In this document: positions 52,631 to 64,000 of the stretch, in pieces
How the letters are laid out: every line of letters begins with the position of its first letter
Numbering within the stretch: position 1 is the stretch's first letter
Source: Mytilus trossulus
Taxonomy: Eukaryota
Length of the DNA: 64,000 nucleotides
Assembly (NCBI RefSeq): GCF_036588685.1
Contig: NC_086373.1
Location: forward strand, 21,576,001-21,640,000
Reading direction: 5' to 3'
Position numbers and translations under genes: made by a program
The notes under the pieces: model-generated
Seen by the model: the letters and a program-made list of their open reading frames with translations, nothing else
The model's database searches: none
Told to the model about the DNA's origin: nothing

Positions 52631-53009
52631 TCAGATCAAAATAAATACAAAGTTGAAGGGCATTGAGGATCCAAAATTCCAAAAAAAGTTGTGCCAAACA
52701 CGGCTAAGGTAATCTACTCCTGGGGTAAGAAAATCCTTAGTTTTTCGAAAAATTCAAAGTTTTGTAAACAGAAAATTTATAAAAATGACCATATAAATTG
52801 ATATTCATGTCAACACCGAAGTGCTGACCACTGGGCTGGTGATTCAAAACCTTTGAATAGACCTATTAAGAAGGGATATAATTACGATACTGTTGTCAAG
52901 TCATTAAAGATTGCATATTTTGGCGTTAATATTGAGTCACTGATAAGGTCTTTGCATTGGAACTAAACACATTTATTCTAAAAAACAGTTGTTGGCATGA
53001 CACGGGTTA

Positions 53010-53225
53010 CCGTATAGCGGGTTATTTTCGCGGGTGTAAAATTTCGCGATTTTCATTGAAAAAGGTATACGAAATATTTTAGCGGATATTATTTGGCGGA
53101 TGAAAACTTTTATTAATACCTTTGCATGAACACCTTTAATTTGGCGGAATTTATTTTTGGCGATTTTCTTCTATCCGCGAAAATAAGCGAAAATTTACAC
53201 CCCGCGAAAATAACCCGCTATACGG
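53010..53225. mobile_element. Tc1/mariner-type MITE with TA TSD
   Basis: TA-CCGTATAGCGGGTTATTTTCGCGGG ... CCCGCGAAAATAACCCGCTATACGG-TA. Confidence 0.9.
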
Positions 53226-56200
53226 TATTTTCTTCTCATATATGTTATGATGGTATGATACTAAACCCCTAACGGGAAGGATTGTGCCTGATGTTCATAT
53301 GATGAAATCATAATCTTTCAGTCAGTTTAATTGAAGTCTGGAGCTGGCATGTCAGTTAACTGCTAGTAGTCTGTTGTTATTTATGTATTATTGTCATTTT
53401 GTCTATTTTCTTTGGTTACATCTTCTGACATCAGACTCGGACTCGGAATTTTAAATGTGCGTATTGTTATGCGTTTACTTTTCTACATTGGTTAGAGGTA
53501 TAGGGGGAGGGTTGAGATCTCACAACATGTTTAACCCCGCCTCATTTTTGCGCCTATCCAAAGTCAGGAGCCTCTGGCCTTTGTTAGTCTTGTATTATTT
53601 TCATTTTAGTTTCCTGTGTACAATTTGGAAATTAGTATGGCGTTCATTATCACTGGACTAGTATATATTTGTTTAGGGGCCAGCTGAAGGACGCCTCCGG
53701 GTGCAGGAATTTCTCGCTACATTGAAGACATGTTGGTGACCTTCTGCTGTTGTTTTTTATTTGGTCGGGTTGTTGTCTCTTTGACACATTCCCCATTTCC
53801 ATTCTCAATTTTACATTTGGTTTGACTGCTTTAATTGATATAAAATTTAATCGCTTTTTCGGCAGTTGCATTGCACTCAGTGGAATTAATGACTGATAAG
53901 AAAAAAAGGCCACATAATAGAAAAAGCACTCCACTTTTTTTAGTTTTCCTTGTTGACATACTTCTTTGTTTTTATAGTGATTAAGATTATAACACAATTT
54001 TGACCGCTGTACCCCTTTTTACATATTTTTACCTTTTATTTATTTGTTTGTCAATACAATGAAATTTTATGCGACTGTCTTTCAAGTGAAAGGTTACGCT
54101 AGCTTTAAAATAAGGTTTAATCCACCATTTTCAACATAAGAAAATGCCTGAAACAAAGAGTGACTTTCCGATTGAAATTTTCCTCGGAGTTCAGTTAAAT
54201 TGTGATTTTGCGTTTAACACATACTGTTTTTATCATATTATGACATCTGGTTAAGTTCATATAATCATTTTTTGTTATATAAGGATCTAAATATTTTAAC
54301 CAATAAAATGTCATTAACAGCCATTATTGATCAATTGAATAAATGCAAGGACAGTATTTTGTCTATTATAATCATTACTGTATTTTCCTACTATTTTCTA
54401 TTGATGGTGAAGGCGAATAATTTCATTGTCAATGATCAATTATTATGTGGAACATAATATTAATTTAAAAAGGAGACTTGTCAATGTTGTACCAACTATT
54501 GGGTTGTTTTCAAAGGTTGTCTTTACCCAGTAGTTTACTTTTGCTACACTTTATATACATGTTTTCATATTAATTCTTACTTTTTTTTTTATCATTAACA
54601 ATCAGTACGTTGGTTAGATTGGATGTGATGTTTGTGTTAATAGTGTAGGAACTTTGTGTTTTGTATTCATTAATATTTTCTATGTTAGCGCTTTAAATAG
54701 CTTTAAAAACATCTGCTTTGTTTGCTTTGATCAATAAATGTTGTCGCTTTTTCGGCAGTTGCATTGCAGTTTGTCCAAATCATGACTATTTTGTAGAAAA
54801 TACAAAAATGCGAGATTAATTATAATTGCAAATTCAAAAAATTCTGCATACATATATATGAATCATCTAGTAAAATGCGTATTTTTATCATTGAGATACT
54901 CACCCAGTCGCATCATTTGCATTAATATAAACCTTGCAGTATTTTCTAATTTACAGTAAATAGAGCCTGGTAATGATTCATACCAATATTCTCTCTGACT
55001 TTTTCTCCAAATCAATTTGAATCAGGAGATCACTGTCGGTTACTATTGTTTGTGGACTTTCGGTGTTATAAAATATTTCTTAAATGTTTCCATATTTGTT
55101 CTAAATCATTAACAATCTGTATGTATGTTATATTGCATGTGTTGTTCGTGTGGAAAGTGGTGTTGTGATTTGTATTCATTAATATGTTCTATGTAAGCAT
55201 ATTTGCTTTGATTGATTTGAGTTAAATCAAATTTCAGTAATTTCCTGTTCAAAAGATAATAGAAGCACTCCACTTATTTTGTTTTCCTATGTTGTCATAT
55301 TTATTTGTTTTAAAGTGTACCTCTATTTTCGACATTTTAACATTTAATATATTTTTGTTTTGTTCACACATCATTGTCAATATAAAGGAATTTTATGCGA
55401 CTGTCATACAAGTGAGAGGTTGAGCTAGCTATACATACATGTTCAATCCAGGATTTTCTACATAAGAAAATACCTGTACCAAGTCAAGAGATTGACAGAT
55501 GTTATTCATTCGTTTGATATATTTGACCTTTTGAGTGTGTCATTTGCAGAGGGAATCTCCGTTCTGAATGTATTCCCGGAGTTCGGTAGTTTTGTTATCA
55601 TTTTGTTTTTTAAAACAAAACTATTTTGCTACCTTCGGGATTTATAGCCTGATGACAAAACTTATATTTTTCGGCATATTTTGATTTTCATTTCCCTTCA
55701 ACTTCGTTATTGTTTTGGCTTTCCTACGGCTTGATTCGGGTGCGACTAATGATTTAGTCTAATAGACGAAATATATGTCATAAGGCTTATTTACAAGCCT
55801 TATATCTGTGGTGTCTTTTTGATAGGGTCGAAACTCCTATTGGAAGACTTTCGTCATGAACGGTATGACCAATCATTTGCTGATAAGAAATATCATAGAT
55901 AATTTCATTTTCTGTAAATAAAATGTTAATAAAATATCAAATCACTAAAAATATTAAGATTTCTACCGAAATCATGAATGGCCTCAGTAACAATTATGAA
56001 AAAAACCAACTCAATAATTAATTGTATGTAAGACTGATATCTTTATAACTTTATAACAACTGCATAGATAACACTGCTGGTAAACGTCATGGATTTACGA
56101 GTTTTGATATCCAACTCTGGCAGACAAAATTTCTGTATCATTTGGTCTCTTGTTGAGGATAAGCGTTTTATGCATCAATATTACATGTTTTGTTTTTGAA

Positions 56201-58047
56201 TTCAGTTTTTTTTTTCTTTATCGACTGAAGTATTATTTCTAAATAGTGTTTATTGAGTTTTGCCGCTTTGATCAAGCAAATAAGCTTTTCTCAGAAGTCG
56301 GTCATATATTATTTCGATTGCTTCAATGTATATTCGGATTTTAGATTTTCGTGTTCCCAAGTCCTTAGTTTTCTATGTTGTGTCTTGTGTACTTTTATTT
56401 GTCAGATTGTCTTTTTCCTTTTTAGCCATGGAGATGTCAGTCTATTTTCCATCTATGAGTTTGAACCCATCTCAAGTATCTTTCGCCCACTCTTTTTTTC
56501 ATCTATTTACATTTCTAAGACCACATCATCATTTTCAAACATTTCCACTGCGATATGTTTATCTTGAATACAAATCAATGGAAATAAGGTTGAGTATAAT
56601 GAGAATTAAGCTCATTTTCTATAGGTAATTGATATGTAACTTGGCCATTGACTCACAAACTTATGATTATTTAGTTTGTGAGTTTAATTGTCCCAGTTTA
56701 CACAGCAATAACGCCTTGAACATATGTTGAAATCTATATCATTGAAACATTTTGATGTTTAAGTTTATAATTTTTAAAGGTAAAATATGACCATTTTATG
56801 TAAAAAGAAAACCAAAAATGCTTTGTATTAGGATGTCATTTTACATTCTTTTACAAGCTTTTATACTTATATTCTTGTCTCTAATTTTTGCTAATATGCT
56901 TTGTATAAATGCATTTTGTGCTTCTTTGTTACATATTTGTTTGGGGATTAAGAGTATAACACAATATTGACTGCTGTATCCCTATTTTTGACATTTTTAC
57001 CTATTAAAATTAGGTTGGTCTGTTTGTTTTGTTCACACATCGTTGGCAATATAATTGAATTTTATGCGAATGTCTTACAAGTGGGAGTTTTATTTAGCTA
57101 TAAAACCAGCTTTTTTCATAGTCAAATGCCTGTACCAAGTCAGGAATTTGATAGTTGTTATCCGTTCGTCCAATGTGTTTCAGATTTTCACATTTGAATA
57201 CCTACATTCGTTTTGAAATTTTCTAGGGTTTCGGTATTTTTGGAATTTTACTTTTGTTTTGGTTGCTCACAAACTTTGGTCAGTATTTCGGAACTTTAAA
57301 CAACTGTCATAAAAGTGGGAATTTTAGCTAGCTACAAAACCAGTTTTAATTCATCAGTTTTTGGGGATATATCTGTACGAAGTCATAAAAGTGGCAGTTA
57401 TTTTTCACTCGATCCATTGGTTGATAACTTTTGCTTTGTCAGTTTGTTATGGACGCTCCGATTTTGATTTTTCCTTGTAGTTTAGTAATTTTGTTATATG
57501 TTTTTGCAGTATATATGATATAAGGGATGTAATTCTAACTTAAAGAGAATTTGTCGAGAGAAAGTTCAGAATCAATTTATCTTAACGGGATTAATGTGAG
57601 GATTTTACGTCGAATTTTAGTTCGATGAAAAGATGAAGTTTATCGAAATCTAGCAAACTACATTGTCTAGAATAGTTTATTGTGTCTACTTTGGACGTGA
57701 AATTACTAGTGAGCCTTTAGCTATTCCGTCTGTATATACCAATTTCGAGACAAATGGTCACTATCTTTTGTTCTGAGAAATGTCGATGTTAATAATTTTA
57801 CAAGACAATCCTATTAATTGTACCTTCAATGTTCAATATTTTATCACAACTGGCATGTACTTTTTGTCACATCAGGCAGAGACGATGAACCATTAATTAT
57901 ATTAAATGAATAACAAGTGTTTGTCAGTATTTACTGACATATATGTGAGAATAATTAGTCTATATCAATATCCAGTAAGCCAAATCAATCTCAAAAAGAG
58001 AGGATATATTGATTCTTTGTAATTATAACAAGTTTTTTTTTACTTAA

Positions 58048-58602
58048 GGTGGTATGGGAGTCTAAAATAAAAATGATAGAATTTGTTCATACTTTGTCAA
58101 AATGTAGTATCTATTGATACATGTTCAAAAGTATTATAAAAATGATAGGTCAGCGCGCATTTTCTCAAGCTACAGGTTGTGACAAAATGACAAATTGTGT
58201 ATGGATTATACAGGAAAAAACAACATTTTGTGAATAGAAACTAAACAAAATGATAGAACTGTAAAATAAATTAGGAAAAGAGTCACCGTACGTTTTTTCC
58301 GGCTAAAAGACAAAATAGGAAAATTTCATGTAGAGTCCTTCAGAAAATGCTCTATTTTAGAGTTACCTCCCCTTAAATTGCCAATTTGAAAATATTATAA
58401 AAAAAAAAACAACCAAAAATAATCTACACTTGTAAAAATATTAATATTTATAAGTTATATTCTTATAAATTGGTTCTTTGAAATGAAAATTCACATTAAA
58501 AATCTGCATTCCTGCATCAAATTTTGCTAACTTGATAGAAAATATGGACCTTAGATTCTCTGTTTTTTACAATCCAAGATGGCGAAAGACACCCATACCA
58601 CC
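58048..58602. mobile_element. Non-autonomous DNA transposon at a TTAA site (Kolobok-like)
   Basis: TTAA-GGTGGTATGGGAGTCT ... AGACACCCATACCACC-ATAA. Confidence 0.7.
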
Positions 58603-60984
58603 ATAATATTATCTAACCGTCTATTCCGACATTAAGTTTTAAAAAAATATAGGACAACAGAGCAATAACTGGTTGTTTTAAATTGAAATATTTAATAGCA
58701 TAGCCTTGTTATTTTAAAATTCCTTATATTTTATATTTTAGAGCATTTGAATTGAAAGGGTTGCTCCTTACAAAAGAACCCACTCAACTTTGACATTTGC
58801 TGTTGAAAGGAAAAACCCTGAGGTGCTGGGCTGCCTTCATGAGAAAATCTGAAACATAAGAATTAAGAAGTTAAGGATGTGTGACAAATCGAATATATAA
58901 TGACAACATGGACAAGAGGCTCAAAAAAGAATAACTGAATCCACTGAATGTCTATCTGACCTGAAAGAGTAAGAATCATAGTTTATCAAAAGGGGAATTT
59001 GATAAAGCGCGGTTATAAATCAAATCAGTGTCGATGCACCGACAACTAACATTATGAATATGGCTTTGAAAGTGCTCAACGGGTGATACATACAACATGT
59101 AATGTAGGAGATTGTTATCATGCAGACTCCTACTTTATTCTTTGTAACTTGACTTGTGTTTTTTAACTGACTTCGGTTTATTACATTTTTTATTGATCTT
59201 AGTTTAGCATATTGAATACAATATAAGACAAAAAAAGATGTGGTATGATTGCGAATGCGAAAACTCACCACCGGTGACCAAATAACATAGAAATTAACAA
59301 TTAAAGGTCATGTTCAGACTTCATAAACGAGCAAAACCCATACCGTATATTCTTTCTATTACCTTTCTCCTAACTAATGACGTAAGCGTAATGAGTATTC
59401 AAACATGCTGATCAGCCATGCATAGGTGTATGCGCTAATCCAGTTAGCAATATATTTCCATGGAACACAACATATGTGAGATATTGAAGGAAGGCAACAA
59501 TTAAATCAAACGCCCAACATGACAGTTTATACGAAGTTGTTTACATTGACTGATTTTATTAATAAAAGCAGACGTTGGATATACTTGTATAACGTAGCAA
59601 CTAAACAACGTAAGAAAACAAAAGATAGAGAAACAGAGGACTCCGACAATAGACAAATGTCTATATAAAAGTTAAGAAATTGAAAAAGAAAATAAATTTA
59701 TCAGACCAAGATACTTTAATTCCCAAACGACTAAAACCTAATCATTTAAGTATAACTTAATACAAATGTTGTGACTCGGTTCCTTACAACGGACAGACTC
59801 GCGAACATATAACAGTGTTACGGTAGTTTTATACGATCTCAACTCTTTTTTTCTCTCTCGATCATATTTATTCATTCTAGAAGAGGCTGCTTTACGATTT
59901 ATTAATTACCGTTCTGAACGTCGTATAGTCCTTTTTGACAGATTTGTTTTTATCTGGCAGCTTTCCAATCAAGTGATGTAATGACAAGAAAATATTTAAA
60001 ACTCTTATGCAAATATGATACACACACTCAAAAAAATATATAAATAGAAAGTATAGAGAGAATAATGTTGTGTGTACATTTCTACAAATGGAATATTTTG
60101 AATTTGAGAGGTCAAATGGTCATAATTTCTCAATTCCACTTACATAAATATTGCTTTTCGAGCAACTTGTCATTTTAATAATTCATCTAATAAATAACCC
60201 TGAAAATAGTATTTATGAATTAGTGATTGACTTGTGAATATTTTCTAAATGACAGTACGTATCAATGTAAACATTCAGTAAATTACATAACGAAAGTGTA
60301 TAGAGCGAAATATTCCTTTCATTGAACTCAATTATTAATTATCCATACTTTGAAACTTGATTATTGAATTATCGCTCTTTGTATAAAGTTTAAAGTTTTC
60401 ATCAAAGTTTGACAATTTTCTTTGATTTTGATCTTGCTATACAATCCCAATAACGTCTAGTTATGGCAACTTTGATTGATCAATTATATATTCGGGTAAA
60501 TTGATAGCTAAATAAAAGTTCTTTTCCCTAGATATTTAAAATGTGTCTTAATCATTTATAAACAAAACACTGAAAGCATAGAATTAGCTTTAAGATATTT
60601 TTGATATCATTAATGGTACCAATTGTTCTGCACAAGATCCGCATTTCGACAATGTCTTAAATTGATTTCCTTTAATGATGTTCGAATCCAATCCATTTGA
60701 AAATCTAAACCTATTAAAACAAATGAAGAGCTAATAAATAAAAAAAAGGACATAATATATAGTTAAAGCTGGGTAAGGAATCAGAGCTTTCCAAAATATT
60801 CATAATAGTAACTTTAAAACTATATACTCAGAACAAGATACAACTTGAGATAGTGTGTACACATCTTTCTTTGCTAAAGATAACAGGTTCCCTCCGATGT
60901 CTTCTGCTTATTTCTTCGTACGGTTATTGTACCATTAATGTACACCCGACATCTATTGCTCATGTTATTATGTGTCTACTTTCT

Positions 60985-61657
60985 TTGTTTGATTATTGTT
61001 GTACAATATGGACTGAACAATGTAATCTAATTATGAAAAAAATGATTAAATTACAAAAAAAAGGCATTCTTAACAAATCATAGGACACAACAGCAAAAAC
61101 TTTATTTAAACAATTAGGATGGTTACCTTTTCACATATCACGAAGGAGTATTAATGTATAAGTGCGTAAATAGTCTTGCACCTGATTTATCTTTGTCAAT
61201 TATTTAATAATAACCAAAATGTTAAAGCAAGATATTCTTAACGTTCATCAGACAATAATGGTCTTTTGATACCACGTCCGAGAACAAATTTTATAAAGAA
61301 AACATTTTAATATTCCTGTACAGTTCTTTGGGACAGTATTCCTGTTCAAATAAAAAAAAGATAGAAACGATAGAACAGTTCAAAATTATTTTTTACAATT
61401 TCTTATTTCTAAACTAAAAATGTAATTATCAGATGAAATTAACCTATTATATTAAAGATCTTATATTTATCTTGTACATCTGACATTAACGAAATGTGTT
61501 CATGAACCTATTCTGTATGTTTTTTGCATTTTCCTTTTTGCATAAAAATTTAGATGTACATATTATATTATTGTATGTTTTGAATTATTCAGAGGGCATC
61601 AAGGGAGATTAGTATTGTACTAACTGATTTTACCCTCTTTAAATAAAGTATTTATTA
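60985..61657 (+). mobile_element. Decayed CR1/L2-group LINE 3' end
   Basis: FDYCCTIW...LFKQLGWLP...LMYKCVNSLAPD...IPRPRTNFIKKTF..LWDSIP, followed by a 3' UTR ending AATAAAGTATTTATTAT. Confidence 0.7.
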
Positions 61658-63394
61658 TGTTAACAACGAAAGGTCAAAGCAACAACATAATGTGATGACA
61701 AGAAAATATTTTCTGATGTTCATAATAACCAAAAATGGAACATCTTTTTACTCATCCGATACCTCTAAACAACCTACAAAACTTAAGCAGCCCTGAAATA
61801 TATCTCAAAATCAAGTGAATAATACAAATAGATAAGGATAAAAGAACAAGATACCATATTAGCTTTCGAAAATATTATTTTTCGTAAAATATAGATATAT
61901 ACCAAAAATATAGTTGATAAATAAGGACAAAAGTTATTACAAACATTAAAATGCGTACAAAAGATCACATACTTATAGAAAACATGCATACAAACAAAAA
62001 CATGTTTACCAGGAGACAGCAAAAGATAGCATGAATAAGTTTTTATCAAGATAACATTTACAAAAATTTCGCTTTCTCCTTTGATATTTGTATTTATCCT
62101 GTGCTCAAACCTTCGTTATTCGAATAATTCAACATTTTGTTATTAAATTTTAGAAAATTTTCGTATAAACGTGACCTTGACTGAGCTGGTGATTCCAACG
62201 TTGGCGAAACGTCCCCCAGCAGTGACATTAAGACAGTGGTTGCGAAAATCAAAATTTTGTTCTCAAATAATCATAGTTCTAAGGCCTTATCAAATACGAA
62301 GTCGAAGAGCATTGAAACTAAACGTTTACAAAAGTGATATCATATACGGCTTAGTTCTCTTTTGCCTTGGTAAGAAAACGCTTAATGTTTTGAATAACTA
62401 AATATTTTATGGACAATTGTTTCTGGGACAAAATGACCACCGACAGAGGCATCAACCAAGTGCTTGACAAAACGCAATAAAAGATACAAGAATTTGTTAC
62501 GCCAAACGAGAATTTCTTCTTTATAAGACTTATCAGTGGCTCTTGTATAAATAGTTCGAACGCCTTATAAAATAAGAAAATGAAGAGCATTTAAAGCTAT
62601 TTTGTCTAGGATAATTCAGTATATGTGTGCTCCATTTCAATCAAATAATATCATTGTGTCTCACGCAAATGTTTATATTAAAATTTCGAAGTTTGAGATT
62701 AGGTCAGTTAAAAGGGACAACTAAATATCAGTGAATTGTATTTGGTTAACAGTTTTGTAAGTTTTGGCATATTTTATTTTTTAATAGAAACTATATAACC
62801 CTCACTCTTCCAATAATCAAGGATATGCATCGTTTAACGCAGTCACATTTTTATCATACATAAAGGTCCATTATAGAAACAGTACATATTTAACAATCAC
62901 AAATTTTCTACATACGAAAATGCCTGTATCGAGTTAGGAATATGACAGTTGTTATCTATTCGTTTGATATGTTTAAGTTTTAGATTTGGCCATTTGATCA
63001 GGAACTTTCCGTTTTGAATTTTCCTCAGAGTTCAGTATTTTTGAGATTTCACTTTTTATAAAAAAAAAAATACCATCAGTTTTATAAAATAGTTGAATAT
63101 GACACACATATTTCAGAATGAAGAAAATAAATGCTATAAGAATAACAAATAATGAAAGAACAATGTTATCACATTAAGTTTAATAAATTAACAGCTATTT
63201 ATTGAAAAATCAACGTCCTCCTTATTTTAAGTCCTAAATTAGTATCAGAACGTGTCGTTAAATAGAGGGGTGGGGTCAGAGTCTAATTTCTTATAAAATC
63301 TCTCATCAGAGAGTTGACGTGCTGCCTCTTGAAAATTCTAAAGTAACACATTTACTAGGTTTAGGAATCCATAATCCATGTTTTTTGTGTAATT

Positions 63395-64000
63395 TCCGGG
63401 ATTCACAAGTGATCCCGACTCAGATGACCACTAAGAAGATGTCGATATTCCCAGATTCAGGAAAAAAAGTTCATGGATTTCTACACCCAGTAAACGTGCT
63501 ACTTTAAAACATATTATTGACAAAATTAAATCCGACGTAACACATCTGTCCACTGCTACTTCCCAAACATTCAAAAATTTATCTTTTGAAGAAAACGAAG
63601 CTGTGCGGTTACTTAAAAACAGAGACGACATTATAATAAAACCAGCAGACAAAGATAGTGCTGTTGTCGTCATGGACAGATGTGACCATATTAAAGAGGC
63701 AGAACGTCAACTCCCTGATGAGAGATTTTATAAGAAATTAGACTCTGACCCCATCCCTCAATTTAACAAAGAGATCAATACAAAAACATGTATGAACAGG
63801 GGCATATTGATGAAAACACATCTAGTTATCTTTAACCTGAAAAATCAAAGCCGGGGCATTTCTATCTTCTGCCCAAAATACATAAAGTCAATAATCCAGG
63901 TAGACCAATTGTTTCCGCCAATGACCACCCTACAGAGAAAATATCAGAATTTATTGACTTTCATCTCAGACCACATGTAGAAAATTTACCATCATATATA
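63395..64000 (+). mobile_element. Penelope-like element RT N-terminal region (frameshifted, runs off the window)
   Basis: LKNRDDIIIKPADKDSAVVVMD..EAERQL..FYKKLDSDP, then in another frame [46 protein letters not shown]. Confidence 0.85.

Larger units (their letters stand above)
52194..52843 (-). mobile_element. Retrozyme-like tandem repeat (357-bp unit, ~1.8 copies), each unit with a hammerhead ribozyme
   Basis: Units start at 52194 and 52551. CAAAA is duplicated at the junctions (52192-52196 and 52845-52849). Confidence 0.85.
51925..53812 (+). mobile_element. 5'-truncated Penelope-like retroelement 3' portion, interrupted by two nested insertions
   Basis: IRFARVCNNVLDFNDRNLCITEKLLHKGFRYHK*VKTFTKFYHRYKD...QKLT|KPLNR..GYNYDTVVKSLKIAYFG. 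The reading frame rejoins across the 52194-52843 insertion. Confidence 0.75.
50180..55600. repeat. Old tandem triplication of a ~1.3-kb unit
   Basis: The block ATCATATT.TGACATCTGGTTAAG...AAATGCAAGG.CAGTA...GGCGAATAATTT recurs at ~50188, ~51473 and ~54232. The middle unit is interrupted by a PLE. Confidence 0.75.

Noticed and set aside
57922-57939. TGTCAGT-ATTT-ACTGACA palindrome outside the element
   Set aside because: It is a single copy with a 4-nt rather than 3-nt spacer. It shows that such palindromes can occur in background, so it was not counted with the element motif.
249-63673. The many 60-140 aa ORFs in the track outside the called features
   Set aside because: They have low-complexity, AT-driven composition, fall in repeats, or are antisense/alternate-frame shadows of gag, pol, TatD and the GPCRs.

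Overview
AT-rich animal genomic DNA dense in decayed repeats. The repeat types and hammerhead-bearing ~357-bp units suggest a bivalve mollusc such as a Mytilus mussel (inference). The main feature is a complete, young 8.7-kb Ty3/Gypsy LTR retrotransposon (18911-27618). It has 213-bp LTRs differing at 2 positions, a GATA target-site duplication, a tRNA-Leu PBS, a PPT and a -1 frameshift signal between gag and pol. Its architecture is unusual in three ways. (i) Gag begins with a ComEA-like helix-hairpin-helix DNA-binding domain. (ii) A third ORF in the env position encodes two C2H2 zinc fingers fused to a TatD (TATDN2-like) nuclease with all metal ligands intact. (iii) A 17-bp 7-3-7 palindrome (TGWCAGW-NNN-WCTGWCA) recurs about 15 times in three separate clusters inside the element. 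The only host genes I can support are two tandem, intronless class-A GPCR paralogues on the minus strand. The rest is Penelope-like and CR1-like fragments, hammerhead retrozyme-like repeats, MITEs, SINE-like repeats and local duplications.
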